Part shown: piece by piece, positions 46,928 through 56,419 of the stretch
Numbering within the stretch: position 1 is the stretch's first letter
Layout of the letters: each line of letters opens with the position of its first letter
DNA from: an uncultured Rickettsiales bacterium
GTDB lineage: Bacteria; Pseudomonadota; Alphaproteobacteria; Rickettsiales; UBA1997
Reading direction: 5' to 3'
DNA length: 64,000 bases
NCBI GenBank assembly: GCA_905478245.1
Contig: CAJQHT010000030.1
Location: forward strand, 4,351 to 68,350
Notes under the pieces: generated by a model
The model's input: only the letters and a program-made list of their open reading frames with translations
Told to the model about the DNA's origin: nothing
Databases searched by the model: none
Made by a program: the position numbers and the translations under genes

Positions 46928-48289
46928 ATGACTACAACTCAAAATAAAATAAAACATTATCATAAGTATCTTCTACTATTGATTGCCATCATAACCCTAG
47001 CAATTCCCAAGATATCACAAGCTAAGATTTCAATCACAAATTGGCAAGAAGAAATTCATCTAAATAATAAAGGGAAAATTAATGAGGTCAGGATTAATGC
47101 TAAAATAGAAAATCTACCCAAAAATACTTATCATAATAATTTTACTATAATTTTCGACAAAAAACAAAAAATTAACATAATAAAAGTTAAATTTGACAAT
47201 AGAATAGCCAAGTATTCATTTAGTAATAATAAATTAGAAATAAAATTCAACGCTAAAAAATTTAATAAACAAAATATCCAAATAGAATATTCTTATGAAG
47301 AATTTCATAAAAAAAATAATCAATATTTAAGACAAGAATTTATATCTGCACCCAATTGGATTTCTGGCTCCAAAGCTAGTATAACCCTAAATATACCGGA
47401 CAATCTTGAATTACTAAGCCTTCATGATAATTTAGAAAAAATAGATAATAAATTAATATATCAAGGTATAATACCAAAAACAGGAATTTCAGAATTAATC
47501 AAATTAACCTCAAAATCAAGCATCTGGAATGTGACAATAGAAAATCATATTAATATTGATAAAAAACTAACATCCCTAACCGTTGAAATACCAATTTATT
47601 TTCTTGGATCAGGGCAAAAAATTAACAATAGCAAAGTAATATCAAATGCCTATATAAATTCATCGAAAACTCATGGCAAAATACATAATATCACCTATAA
47701 AAACATAGAACCACAAAACATTAACCTAAAGCTTAAAGCACAAATCAAAACTGGATCAGATAATAAGGTAAAGATAGATAGAGATGCTAATAATTATTTA
47801 AAAATATCAAAAGAAGATTATCAATTAATGGAAAATATCTTAAAGCAAATTAAAAATAATCCACAATATCAAAATTTACCACTTTATGCAAAAATTGGCA
47901 GCTTTGTTCATAATTACATTAAATATGAAAAATCTTATGTTGGCAAATTACTGGATATAAAATCTATTTTAAATATTAAAAAAGGAGTTTGTGTTGAATA
48001 TGCTACTTTATTTAATGCCCTAGCAAGAACAGCCAATATACCATCAGCAATTATTAATGGCGTTGCTAATGGCGAATATGATAAATTTGAAAGACATAGC
48101 TGGAATTTAATCTATCATAAAAATCAATGGATCGAGGTTGATCCAACATGGAATTTAATGTCAGGCATTGTTAGTTCATCTCACATTTATTTTTACGACA
48201 ATGAATTAACTTCAATTAATGCTAAATGGCAAGAAAAACAAGAACAAGACACTAAAGTTCTACTTAATAGTGATTTTATAATAGAATAA
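46928..48289 (+). CDS. Secreted transglutaminase-like cysteine protease superfamily protein
   Basis: Signal peptide (PKISQA/K), a long N-terminal beta-rich region, and a C-terminal transglutaminase core with candidate Cys/His/Asp residues (KKGVCVEYATLFNALAR...HSWNLIY...WIEVDPTW). Confidence 0.7.
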   Translation: MTTTQNKIKHYHKYLLLLIAIITLAIPKISQAKISITNWQEEIHLNNKGKINEVRINAKIENLPKNTYHNNFTIIFDKKQKINIIKVKFDNRIAKYSFSNNKLEIKFNAKKFNKQNIQIEYSYEEFHKKNNQYLRQEFISAPNWISGSKASITLNIPDNLELLSLHDNLEKIDNKLIYQGIIPKTGISELIKLTSKSSIWNVTIENHINIDKKLTSLTVEIPIYFLGSGQKINNSKVISNAYINSSKTHGKIHNITYKNIEPQNINLKLKAQIKTGSDNKVKIDRDANNYLKISKEDYQLMENILKQIKNNPQYQNLPLYAKIGSFVHNYIKYEKSYVGKLLDIKSILNIKKGVCVEYATLFNALARTANIPSAIINGVANGEYDKFERHSWNLIYHKNQWIEVDPTWNLMSGIVSSSHIYFYDNELTSINAKWQEKQEQDTKVLLNSDFIIE

Positions 48290-48356
48290 TACCATCTTTA
48301 AAACGTCTTAAAATAATAAGCAATCTAACATCATGTTTTTTGCTAAAAATTATTTA
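48290..48356 (+). repeat. Partial MITE arm (variant 1, with a 5-nt deletion in the TIR)
   Basis: TACCATCTTTAAAACGTCTTAAAATAATAAGCAATCTAACATCATGTTTTTTGCTAAAAATTATTTAG. The preceding TAA (48287-48289) is the stop codon of the transglutaminase-like gene. Confidence 0.65.
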
Positions 48357-48398
48357 GTTATATTACTCATTATGTGTGGGGCTTGTTATTAAAAGAGA

Positions 48399-49457
48399 TT
48401 ATAAATCCTCATAACCACAAATCTTAAGGCCATAACCTTCTAAGCCAATAACAGATTTTTTAGAATTCGTTAAAAGACGCATATTTTTAATACCAAGATC
48501 AAGTAAAATTTGCGCGCCAATTCCGTAATTTCTAAGCTCATTTTGATTTCTATTTACTTTCCCTTCAAGTAAATTAAGCAAGGGTTCACCTTGCTGTCTA
48601 ATAATAACAATAGCACCTTTTGGCATTTTAGATATTTTAGCAATAGATTTTTGTAAAATGCTATCATTTTGCGCTAAAATATCATTAAAAATATTTAAAT
48701 GATGCATTCTAACATTAATTTCCTCTTCTGAGTTAATTTTTCCCTTAATTAAAGCTAAATGCTCAGTATTATCAATTTTATTTTTATAAATTATAACATT
48801 AAAACCCGGTAAATGTGGAATTTTTACTTCTTTTACTCTTTTAATTAATTTATCATGGTGACGGCGATATTCTATTAAATCAGCAATAGTGGCAATTTTT
48901 AAATCATGTTTTTTAGCAAACTTATTTAAATCAGCCATTCTGGCCATAGTGCCGTCATCATTCATAATTTCACAAATAACTCCAGATGGATTAAGTCCGG
49001 CTAATTTTGAAATATCAATAGCAGCTTCAGTATGTCCAGCCCTCACTAAAACACCACCATCTTGCGCCTGAAGCGGAAAAATATGTCCGGGACTAACAAG
49101 ATGATTCTTTCCCTTATTCATATCAATGGCATCAGCAACAGTCTTAGCTCGATCATAAGCCGAAATACCAGTGCTAATACCTTCTTTTGCTTCAATTGAA
49201 ATTGTAAAAGCAGTTTTATTTCTAGATTGATTATTCATTGACATTAAGGGCAGATCAAGCTCTCTTACTCTCTTAGAGTCAAGGGATAGGCAAATTAGAC
49301 CCCTACCATATCTTGCCATAAAATTAATTATTTTATCATCACACATCTGCGCCGGCATCACTAAATCACCTTCATTCTCACGATTTTCATCATCAACTAA
49401 AATGAACATCTTACCATTCTTGGCGTCTTGAATTATTTCCTCTATTGAGCTTAACAT
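48399..49457 (-). CDS. ribB: 3,4-dihydroxy-2-butanone-4-phosphate synthase fused to a GTP-cyclohydrolase-II-like domain lacking the zinc cysteines
   Basis: The N-terminal half carries DHBP synthase motifs (DDENRENEGDLV, GRGLICL, GHTEAA). The C-terminal half aligns in layout with RibA, but VRMHHLNIFNDILAQ replaces the Cys-containing VRVHSECLTGD...RCDCG block. Confidence 0.85.
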   Translation of the reverse strand: MLSSIEEIIQDAKNGKMFILVDDENRENEGDLVMPAQMCDDKIINFMARYGRGLICLSLDSKRVRELDLPLMSMNNQSRNKTAFTISIEAKEGISTGISAYDRAKTVADAIDMNKGKNHLVSPGHIFPLQAQDGGVLVRAGHTEAAIDISKLAGLNPSGVICEIMNDDGTMARMADLNKFAKKHDLKIATIADLIEYRRHHDKLIKRVKEVKIPHLPGFNVIIYKNKIDNTEHLALIKGKINSEEEINVRMHHLNIFNDILAQNDSILQKSIAKISKMPKGAIVIIRQQGEPLLNLLEGKVNRNQNELRNYGIGAQILLDLGIKNMRLLTNSKKSVIGLEGYGLKICGYEDL

Positions 49458-49460
49458 AAT

Positions 49461-50075
49461 TTACTTAAACAAATTTAAATTATTCAAATATCTGATAATT
49501 TGATCAAATTCTATATTAATTACATCGCCAACTTTTAAAAAAGCAAAATTACTATTATTAAAAGTGTGATCAATGATATTTACCGTAAAATAATCAGCAA
49601 AAACATCGTTAATTGTCAAAGATACACCATTTAAAACGACAGAACCTTTTTGACAAATAAATTTACGCATATTTTCGCTAATTTCAAAAGAAAAACATAG
49701 TGACTCATCAATTTTTTCAATTGATTTGATCTTAACAATATCATCAATATGACCACTAACCAAGTGCCCACCAAGCTCATCACCAGCCCTTAAGGCAAAC
49801 TCAATATTAATTTTATCATTAATTTGCCAATATTTAATATTAGTTTTTAAAATAGATTCTTTTGAAGCTTGAAAATCAAGAAATAGTAAAGCGCCCTGCT
49901 CTTCTTTTTTTATTAAGGTTAAACAAACACCGTTACAAGAAACAGAACAGCCAATTTCTAAGTTGCGATCAGTAATTTCTTTACTTAAAAGTGAAAGTCT
50001 GATTAAAAGATCTTGATCTTGATTTTTAGTTAGATTTTCAATATTTGCTAAATTTGTAACAATGCCTGTGAACAT
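49461..50075 (-). CDS. ribE: Riboflavin synthase
   Basis: MFTGIV start, two lumazine-binding repeats (GCSVSCNGVCLT, GSVVLNGVSLT), and GGHLVSGHID. Confidence 0.93.
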   Translation of the reverse strand: MFTGIVTNLANIENLTKNQDQDLLIRLSLLSKEITDRNLEIGCSVSCNGVCLTLIKKEEQGALLFLDFQASKESILKTNIKYWQINDKINIEFALRAGDELGGHLVSGHIDDIVKIKSIEKIDESLCFSFEISENMRKFICQKGSVVLNGVSLTINDVFADYFTVNIIDHTFNNSNFAFLKVGDVINIEFDQIIRYLNNLNLFK

Positions 50076-50080
50076 AGTAT

Positions 50081-50977
50081 TTAGCAGGATTGAAGGCTTA
50101 AAATTTCTGATTTCATTTTAGATAAAGCAGCAGCTTCAATTTGACGAACTCTTTCTTTTGAAATTTTATAAATTTTACTTAAAGATTCTAAGGTTTGAGC
50201 TTTATCAGATAATTGACGAGCAGAAATAATTTGTTTTTCACGTTCATTTAATTTTTTAAAAGCCAACTCAACTAATTTCTCACTTTGGTTAATTTGCTGA
50301 GATTTAATCGCTAATTCTTCTTGGTTTTCATATTCAGATTCAAGCTGATCTATAAATTCTGCTTCACCATCACCATCTCTAATTAATCTATTCAAAGATC
50401 CATCAGAGTTTTGCAATCTAGAATTCATATTAATAACTTCTTTTTTGGAAACATTTAAATCATTGGATATAGCCTCAATATGTTCTGGCAATAAATTACC
50501 TTCATTTGCGGCATTTAATTTATTTTTAATCTTTTTTAAATTGAAAAATAATTTTTTCTGCGCTGCTGTAGTGCCAATTTTAACCAAAGACCAAGATTTT
50601 AAAATATATTCCTGTATATAAGACTTAATCCACCACATGGCATAGGTAGAAAAACGAAAGCCTTTTTTAGGCTCGAACTTCTTTACCGCTCTCATTAAAC
50701 CAAGATTACCTTCAGAAACTAGATCGACAACTGGTAAGCCGTAATTACGAAATTTAGTAGCAATTTTAACCACCAATCTTAAATGACTTTGCACCAACAT
50801 CTGAGCGGCATAATTATCATCATTTTGATTATATCTCATAGCATAATCATATTCTTCTTTTTCTGTAAGTAAGGGAATTTTATTTATTTTTTGTAAATAT
50901 TGAAAAAAACTACTTTCAGAGGATCGTGGAGCTAGAAAAGAACTGTTATTTATATATAATTCGTTATTTATTTTCAT
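50081..50977 (-). CDS. rpoH: RNA polymerase sigma-32 (heat-shock sigma factor)
   Basis: Sigma-70 regions 2-4, with an RpoH box-like segment (TTAAQKKLFFNLKKIK) and LVSEGNLGLMRAVKKFEP. Confidence 0.9.
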   Translation of the reverse strand: MKINNELYINNSSFLAPRSSESSFFQYLQKINKIPLLTEKEEYDYAMRYNQNDDNYAAQMLVQSHLRLVVKIATKFRNYGLPVVDLVSEGNLGLMRAVKKFEPKKGFRFSTYAMWWIKSYIQEYILKSWSLVKIGTTAAQKKLFFNLKKIKNKLNAANEGNLLPEHIEAISNDLNVSKKEVINMNSRLQNSDGSLNRLIRDGDGEAEFIDQLESEYENQEELAIKSQQINQSEKLVELAFKKLNEREKQIISARQLSDKAQTLESLSKIYKISKERVRQIEAAALSKMKSEILSLQSC

Positions 50978-51031
50978 CTTTATTGCATCTTAAAAAAAAT
51001 TAAAAAATTTCCATTTAATTATATTTTACCT

Positions 51032-51060
51032 TTGACAATAGTCAAGTAAATAATTAAAAT
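51032..51060 (+). promoter_or_regulatory. Candidate sigma-70 promoter for ispE (-35 lies within a small palindrome)
   Basis: TTGACA (51032-51037), a 17-nt spacer, then TAAAAT (51055-51060), about 31 nt upstream of the ispE ATG. The -35 is part of TTGACAATAGTCAA (TTGAC-N4-GTCAA). Chance matches are plausible in AT-rich DNA. Confidence 0.35.
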
Positions 51061-51091
51061 AGAGACCTATGAACATTAACTCAATGAAAAT

Positions 51092-51949
51092 ATGATAATA
51101 AAATCCTACGCAAAAATCAATCTTTTTTTAGAGATCATTAGCAAAAATAAACAAAATTATCATATTTTACGCAGCATAATCTGCTTTATCGACCTATATG
51201 ATTTAATAAAAATAGAGAAAAGCAATAGATTATCCCTAAATATTTCTGGAAAATATGCAAATTTTCTAGAAAATGATAATTCTAAAAACATTATCCTAAA
51301 AACCGTCAATCTTATGGCAAAAAGATTTAATATTTCTGATAATTTTGCTATTTCTTTAGAAAAAAATATACCAATTGGCGGCGGCCTTGGCGGAGGCTCC
51401 TCAAATAGTGCTTCAATTATATTAGCTCTAAATGAATTATTTAACCTTAAATTAAAAGAATCAGAATTAATTAAAATAGCTTTAGAACTGGGCTGCGACG
51501 TCCCTATCTGCTTAAATCAAAATATGGCAATAATTGAAGGAATAGGAGAGAAAATTACCTCAATCCATACAGACCAAAAACCATTATTTTGCTTAATAGT
51601 CAATCCAAATATACACCTATCCACGAAAGAAATATTTTCATCAATCAATATTAAAGGAAATAACAATAGCAAAATAAATCTAGAAAATAAAAATATCATA
51701 GATATTATTAAAAATAGAAATAATGATTTAGAGGAAATTGCCATTAAAATTGCACCTATAATTCAAACCATTCTAAATAAAACAGAAAAACAAAAAAATT
51801 GCTTAATCGCCAGAATGTCTGGCAGTGGCTCTAGCTGTTTTGGTTTATTTGAAAATGAAAAAGAACTAAATTTAGCCTATAATTCTTTAAAAAATGATTT
51901 TCCTGAATTTTACATAAAAAAAACACAATTAATTTATGAAAAAATATAA
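51092..51949 (+). CDS. ispE: 4-diphosphocytidyl-2-C-methyl-D-erythritol kinase
   Basis: AKINLFLEI plus the GHMP kinase motif PIGGGLGGGSSNSAS and SGSGSSCFGLF. Confidence 0.92.
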   Translation: MIIKSYAKINLFLEIISKNKQNYHILRSIICFIDLYDLIKIEKSNRLSLNISGKYANFLENDNSKNIILKTVNLMAKRFNISDNFAISLEKNIPIGGGLGGGSSNSASIILALNELFNLKLKESELIKIALELGCDVPICLNQNMAIIEGIGEKITSIHTDQKPLFCLIVNPNIHLSTKEIFSSINIKGNNNSKINLENKNIIDIIKNRNNDLEEIAIKIAPIIQTILNKTEKQKNCLIARMSGSGSSCFGLFENEKELNLAYNSLKNDFPEFYIKKTQLIYEKI

Positions 51950-52412
51950 CGGATTTTTACCACTCGAAATGCAAATCAGTAAAATCACCAAGCCTCTTTC
52001 AAAGAATAAACAAGATCATTTTGCCACTTTACACAATATAGTTAAAAATTGGTCAGATATTGTTGGCAAAAAATATGCTATATATTGCTATCCTAAAAAA
52101 ATCACCGCAAATCAATTTCAAAAATCTACTTTATTTATCTGCGCCCACAACTCAGCAGCAGCCTTTGCGCTAGATGCTAATAAAAATTATATTATTGAAA
52201 AAATCGCCTGCTATTTTGGCTATAAAATCATCAATAATATCAGAATTACTCAGGAATTACAAGAAATCAAAACTCAGATAAAAGAAGAAATAATATTAAA
52301 ATCAGAAGATAAAGAATATATCAATAAAATAACACGTGAAATTGAAGACGAACAACTAAAAAACACCCTAAGAGAACTTGGAAAATGTATTTTTAACAAG
52401 AAAACTGATTAA
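51936..52412 (+). CDS. DUF721 (DciA-like) protein
   Basis: 158 aa. WSDIVGKKYAIYCYPKKI...STLFICAHNSAAAFALDANKNYIIEKI matches the DUF721 pattern (W..IVG......P..........L.v.v.s.a.a..L). It overlaps ispE by 14 nt. Confidence 0.6.
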   Translation: MKKYNGFLPLEMQISKITKPLSKNKQDHFATLHNIVKNWSDIVGKKYAIYCYPKKITANQFQKSTLFICAHNSAAAFALDANKNYIIEKIACYFGYKIINNIRITQELQEIKTQIKEEIILKSEDKEYINKITREIEDEQLKNTLRELGKCIFNKKTD

Positions 52413-52478
52413 AATATTGATTTTATCAATATTCATAATTAAAGTTAAGAAAAGATTCTGACAATATTCATAAAATCA

Positions 52479-54245
52479 ATGACAAAAGAACAAAAATTAA
52501 CTGGAGCGCAAATTATTATTGAAGCCTTATTGAATGAAGGGGTTGATACTGTTTTTGGCTATCCAGGTGGTGCAATCCTGCCACTTTATGATGCTTTATT
52601 CACGCAAAATAAACTTGGTCATATTTTAACTAGACATGAACAAGCTGCATCTCACGCAGCAGAAGGATATGCCCGCTCAACCGGAAAAGTTGGCACCATA
52701 ATTGTCACCTCAGGACCAGGTGCAACTAACACCATAACCGGCCTTGCTGATGCTTACCTTGATTCCATTCCTTTAGTTTGTATTTCAGGACAAGTTCCAA
52801 CAAATGTTATTGGCACTGATGGCTTTCAAGAAGCTGATGTTACTGGACTTACCAGATCATGCACTAAGCATAATTATCTAGTTAAAGATGTTAATGATTT
52901 AGGTCGCATTATTCATGAAGCCTATTATATTGCCAAAACTGGCAAACCAGGTCCAGTATTAATTGACATACCAAAAGATGTTCAAAATAATATAGGTATT
53001 TATCACGGAAAAACTAAAATAAATCGTCCCTCTTATAAATTTAGCAATAAGAAGAATCTAAAAATTGACGAAGATTCAATTTCTGAAGCTATCAATTTAT
53101 TAAAAAATGCCAAAAAACCAATATTATATGTTGGTGGCGGGGTGATAAATTCAGGATCAAAAGCAAGTGAATTATTACTAAAATTTGTTGAATTAACAGG
53201 CTATCCAGTTACCAATACATTAATGGGTCTTGGCAGTTTTCCTGGTAGTAATGATCATTTCATTGGCATGCTTGGCATGCATGGCACCTATGAAGCCAAC
53301 ATGGCAATGCATGATTGCGATGTTATGCTTAATATTGGAGCTCGTTTTGATGACAGAATCACTGGCTTAGTTAGCAAATTCTCGCCAAATTCTAAAAAAA
53401 TTCACATTGATATTGACGATGTTTCTATTGATAAAATAATCAATGTTGATGTTAAAATAGTTTCTGATGCTGGTATTGCGATTGAGCAGTTAATTAAGAA
53501 ATGGCAAGAATTAGAATTAAGAAATAGAAAATCAGCCATAAAAGACTGGTGGCAACAAATTAAAAAATGGCAAGATATCAAAAGCTTGTCTTATGAAAAA
53601 TCTGACACAATAATTAAGCCAGCATATGCTCTTGAAACTTTAAAAAACCTTACCAAGGGTCAAAATACATATTTTTCAACCGATGTGGGTCAACATCAAA
53701 TGTGGGCAGCACAATATCTTTCTTTTGACAAACCAAAACAATGGTTAACATCTGGAGGACTTGGAACAATGGGTTACGGCGTTCCTGCTGCTATAGGTGC
53801 GGCAGTGGCCCACCCCAAATCAACAGCAATATGCATTAGTGGCGACGGTTCTTTTTTAATGAATATGCAAGAATTAAGCACTATTAAACAATATAATTTA
53901 CCGGTAAAAATTATCATTTTAAATAATCAATATCTGGGAATGGTAAGGCAATGGCAAGAATTAGTTTTTGAAAATAGAGAAAGTGAATCTTACATGGATT
54001 CTTTACCAGATTTCGTTAAATTAGCAGAAAGTTTCGGCATAAAAGGCATCAGATGCTCTGATCCAAAAGAATTGGAAACAAAATTTAAAGAAACTTTAAA
54101 TCATAAAGGGCCAGTTTTATTTGACTGCGTCATTGATAAAGCAGAAAATGTATTCCCTATGATTCCAGCAGGATCAGCTCATAATGAGATATTGCTCGGA
54201 TCTCAAGCCAAAAAATATGTACAAAAAAATAAAAATGCTGTTTAA
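52479..54245 (+). CDS. ilvB: Acetolactate synthase large (catalytic) subunit
   Basis: 588 aa with TPP-enzyme motifs GYPGGAILPLYDAL, TSGPGATN, GGLGTMGYGVPAAIGA and GDGSFLMNMQELST. Confidence 0.95.
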   Translation: MTKEQKLTGAQIIIEALLNEGVDTVFGYPGGAILPLYDALFTQNKLGHILTRHEQAASHAAEGYARSTGKVGTIIVTSGPGATNTITGLADAYLDSIPLVCISGQVPTNVIGTDGFQEADVTGLTRSCTKHNYLVKDVNDLGRIIHEAYYIAKTGKPGPVLIDIPKDVQNNIGIYHGKTKINRPSYKFSNKKNLKIDEDSISEAINLLKNAKKPILYVGGGVINSGSKASELLLKFVELTGYPVTNTLMGLGSFPGSNDHFIGMLGMHGTYEANMAMHDCDVMLNIGARFDDRITGLVSKFSPNSKKIHIDIDDVSIDKIINVDVKIVSDAGIAIEQLIKKWQELELRNRKSAIKDWWQQIKKWQDIKSLSYEKSDTIIKPAYALETLKNLTKGQNTYFSTDVGQHQMWAAQYLSFDKPKQWLTSGGLGTMGYGVPAAIGAAVAHPKSTAICISGDGSFLMNMQELSTIKQYNLPVKIIILNNQYLGMVRQWQELVFENRESESYMDSLPDFVKLAESFGIKGIRCSDPKELETKFKETLNHKGPVLFDCVIDKAENVFPMIPAGSAHNEILLGSQAKKYVQKNKNAV

Positions 54246-54259
54246 TTAAAATTATTAAA

Positions 54260-54775
54260 ATGTCTAAAGAAATAACAAAAAAACACGTAATTGCAATCTT
54301 AGTCGATAATGAAGCTGGAGCTCTTGCCAGAATTGTCGATCTATTCTCAGGCAGAGGCTACAACATCGAATCATTAAATGTTGCCCCAATAACAGAAGAT
54401 AAAAAAATATCCAGAATAACAGTTACAACTCATGGCAGTTCCAAAACAGTTGATTTAATTTGCAAATTACTAAATAGAATTATTCCTGTATATAAAGCGG
54501 TTGAATTAACTAAAGAAGAAGGCTATATAGAAAGAGAGTTAGCCTTAGTTAAAATTATTGGAGATGAAGAAAAAAGACAAAAGGCCTTAGCAATTATCGA
54601 TAATCACAGAACAAATGTTATCGACATAACCGGAGATTCAATTGTATTTGAAATAATTGGAAGCTCAGAGAATATTGATGACTTAATAAATGAATTATCT
54701 CCACTTGGTCTTGATGGAGTTTCAAGAACGGGAGTAGCCGCAGGTTTTAAAGGGGAAAAAAAGCTAACTAAATAA
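54260..54775 (+). CDS. ilvH: Acetolactate synthase small (regulatory) subunit
   Basis: ACT domain (HVIAILVDNEAGALARIVDLFSGRGYNIESLNVAP) plus a C-terminal ALS_ss_C region. Confidence 0.92.
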   Translation: MSKEITKKHVIAILVDNEAGALARIVDLFSGRGYNIESLNVAPITEDKKISRITVTTHGSSKTVDLICKLLNRIIPVYKAVELTKEEGYIERELALVKIIGDEEKRQKALAIIDNHRTNVIDITGDSIVFEIIGSSENIDDLINELSPLGLDGVSRTGVAAGFKGEKKLTK

Positions 54776-54785
54776 TAAATCTGAT

Positions 54786-54840
54786 AATTGGTATTATACC
54801 AAATCCCAACTTTAGAATAGGTTAAACCTATTTAACGAAT
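54786..54840. repeat. End-to-end MITE termini sharing one TTA (8-nt right end plus about a 44-nt left arm)
   Basis: AATTGGTA (54786-54793), TTA (54794-54796), then TACCAAATCCCAACTTTAGAATAGGTTAAACCTATTTAACGAAT (54797-54840). Lies in the convergent ilvH/comF gap. Confidence 0.55.
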
Positions 54841-54874
54841 TAGTTTAAAAAGAATCATCAATTTTTTTACAAAT

Positions 54875-55606
54875 TTACCAAACTCTTTTTGCCAAAACAA
54901 CAACATAAATTTTTCCAGAATTATTCTTCTTTAAAATTTTAGCACAGCTATCTATCGTTACGCCAGTTGTAAAAACATCATCAATAATTAAAATATTTTT
55001 TCCTTTTATTTTATTTTGATATTTCGAATTAAATTTAAAAGCACCTTTTAAATTATCCTTTCTGCCAATTTTACTCAATAAAAATTGTGGCTTCGTATCC
55101 TTGCTTCTAATAATTAAATCAAAAATAATATTCACCTTAGCAATTTTAGCTAGATTCTTAGCAATTAACGCACTCTGATTATATCTTCTTTTTCTTAGAC
55201 GCTTCTTATGTAGAGGAACAAAACTGATATAGTCAATTTCATTTAAAAAATCTTGACTTGCATTAGAAATTAATTTCGCAAAGAAGCTAGCTAGGATAGT
55301 TTTATCATTATATTTGAAATCAAAAATAAATTTTTTACTAACATCATTATATCTATAAATTGCAATTAATTTATGATATTCAGGCTTTTCTGAAGCGCAA
55401 GCAGCACATAGCATCTCTTTTTCAATTTCAAACTCAAAAGGATGGGAGCAAATCGGGCAACAAGGATCGGAAATAGATTCTAATTTATTAAAATCTTCCT
55501 GACAAAAATAACCATTAGCAATTATTTTCTTGCAAATAATACAATGACTAGGCATTATTATGCCTATTAAATACTTCAATAAAGGAACTAACTTTTTTAT
55601 AAACAT
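54875..55606 (-). CDS. comF: ComF family protein (phosphoribosyltransferase-like with N-terminal zinc ribbon)
   Basis: CxxC pairs (HCIICKK...CPICSHPF...CAAC) and the PRT motif ILIIDDVFTTGVT. The start is placed at MFIKK (55606) to avoid overlap with the divergent gene. Confidence 0.75.
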   Translation of the reverse strand: MFIKKLVPLLKYLIGIIMPSHCIICKKIIANGYFCQEDFNKLESISDPCCPICSHPFEFEIEKEMLCAACASEKPEYHKLIAIYRYNDVSKKFIFDFKYNDKTILASFFAKLISNASQDFLNEIDYISFVPLHKKRLRKRRYNQSALIAKNLAKIAKVNIIFDLIIRSKDTKPQFLLSKIGRKDNLKGAFKFNSKYQNKIKGKNILIIDDVFTTGVTIDSCAKILKKNNSGKIYVVVLAKRVW

Positions 55607-55612
55607 TATCTT

Positions 55613-56419
55613 GTGGTAAAAAATAATCAAATATTCGACAGAAATTTATTAAAAAATAATCTAGATAGATTTAGCAGTCAATTAATTAATCATAATTTTC
55701 TTTTCAAGGAAATTTCCAACAGAATTTATGAGAATGTTTTAGATTTCAAGCAAGATTTTTCTAATATTTTAGAAATTAACGCTCAAGATGGCTTCTTGGG
55801 AAGAAAAATTGCTCAAAAGAAAAATTGCCAGAATTTAATTCAAACTAATTTTTGTCATGAATTAAATAAAGCATATCCAGAAAATTCCAATAATATCACT
55901 TTAAACGAAGAAAATTTATGCTTTAAAGAAAACTCATTTGATTTAGTAATAAACAATCTCAGCCTGCATTTTATCAATGATGTTTTAGCTAATTTATTTG
56001 AAAATAAGCAAATATTAAAAGAAAATGGTGTATTTATTGGCTTCTTCTTTGGCGGTCAAACATTAAAAGAACTCCGAGAAATCTTTAACAAAGCTGAAAT
56101 AGAAATTTATAATAGAATTTCACCAAGAATAATACCTTTTATTGATGTTAAAGATGCAGGAATGTTAGCTCAAAAAGCTGGTTTTAAAAATATAATTTCA
56201 GATAATCAAAATATTGAAGTTTCCTACAATTCCTTATTGAAATTAATGCAAGATTTAAGAAATATGGGTCTTGGCAATATACTTTTTGATAGAAATAAAG
56301 AATTTTTGAATAAAAAAATGCTTTTTTTGATGGAAAATTTAATTAAAGACCTTTACAATGACGGAAATGAAGATTTTATTTCCACTTTTGAAGTTATAAC
56401 AATTACCGCTTTTAACTAA
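55613..56419 (+). CDS. Class I SAM-dependent methyltransferase (NDUFAF5-like alphaproteobacterial family)
   Basis: IFDRNLLKNNLDRFS...FLFKEISNRIYENVLD..., LVINNLSLHFINDV and FFGGQTLKELR. The GTG start at 55613 is uncertain. Confidence 0.6.
   Translation: MVKNNQIFDRNLLKNNLDRFSSQLINHNFLFKEISNRIYENVLDFKQDFSNILEINAQDGFLGRKIAQKKNCQNLIQTNFCHELNKAYPENSNNITLNEENLCFKENSFDLVINNLSLHFINDVLANLFENKQILKENGVFIGFFFGGQTLKELREIFNKAEIEIYNRISPRIIPFIDVKDAGMLAQKAGFKNIISDNQNIEVSYNSLLKLMQDLRNMGLGNILFDRNKEFLNKKMLFLMENLIKDLYNDGNEDFISTFEVITITAFN

Noticed and set aside
50076-50080. FMN riboswitch upstream of the rib genes
   Set aside because: Only 5 nt separate rpoH and ribE, and 3 nt separate ribE and ribB. There is no space for a riboswitch.
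5366-54840. Dispersed repeats as a CRISPR array or REP/BIME elements
   Set aside because: The copies are dispersed rather than regularly spaced with unique spacers. They are 170-190 bp long palindromes with TIRs and TTA flanks. No cas or RAYT genes are present in the window.
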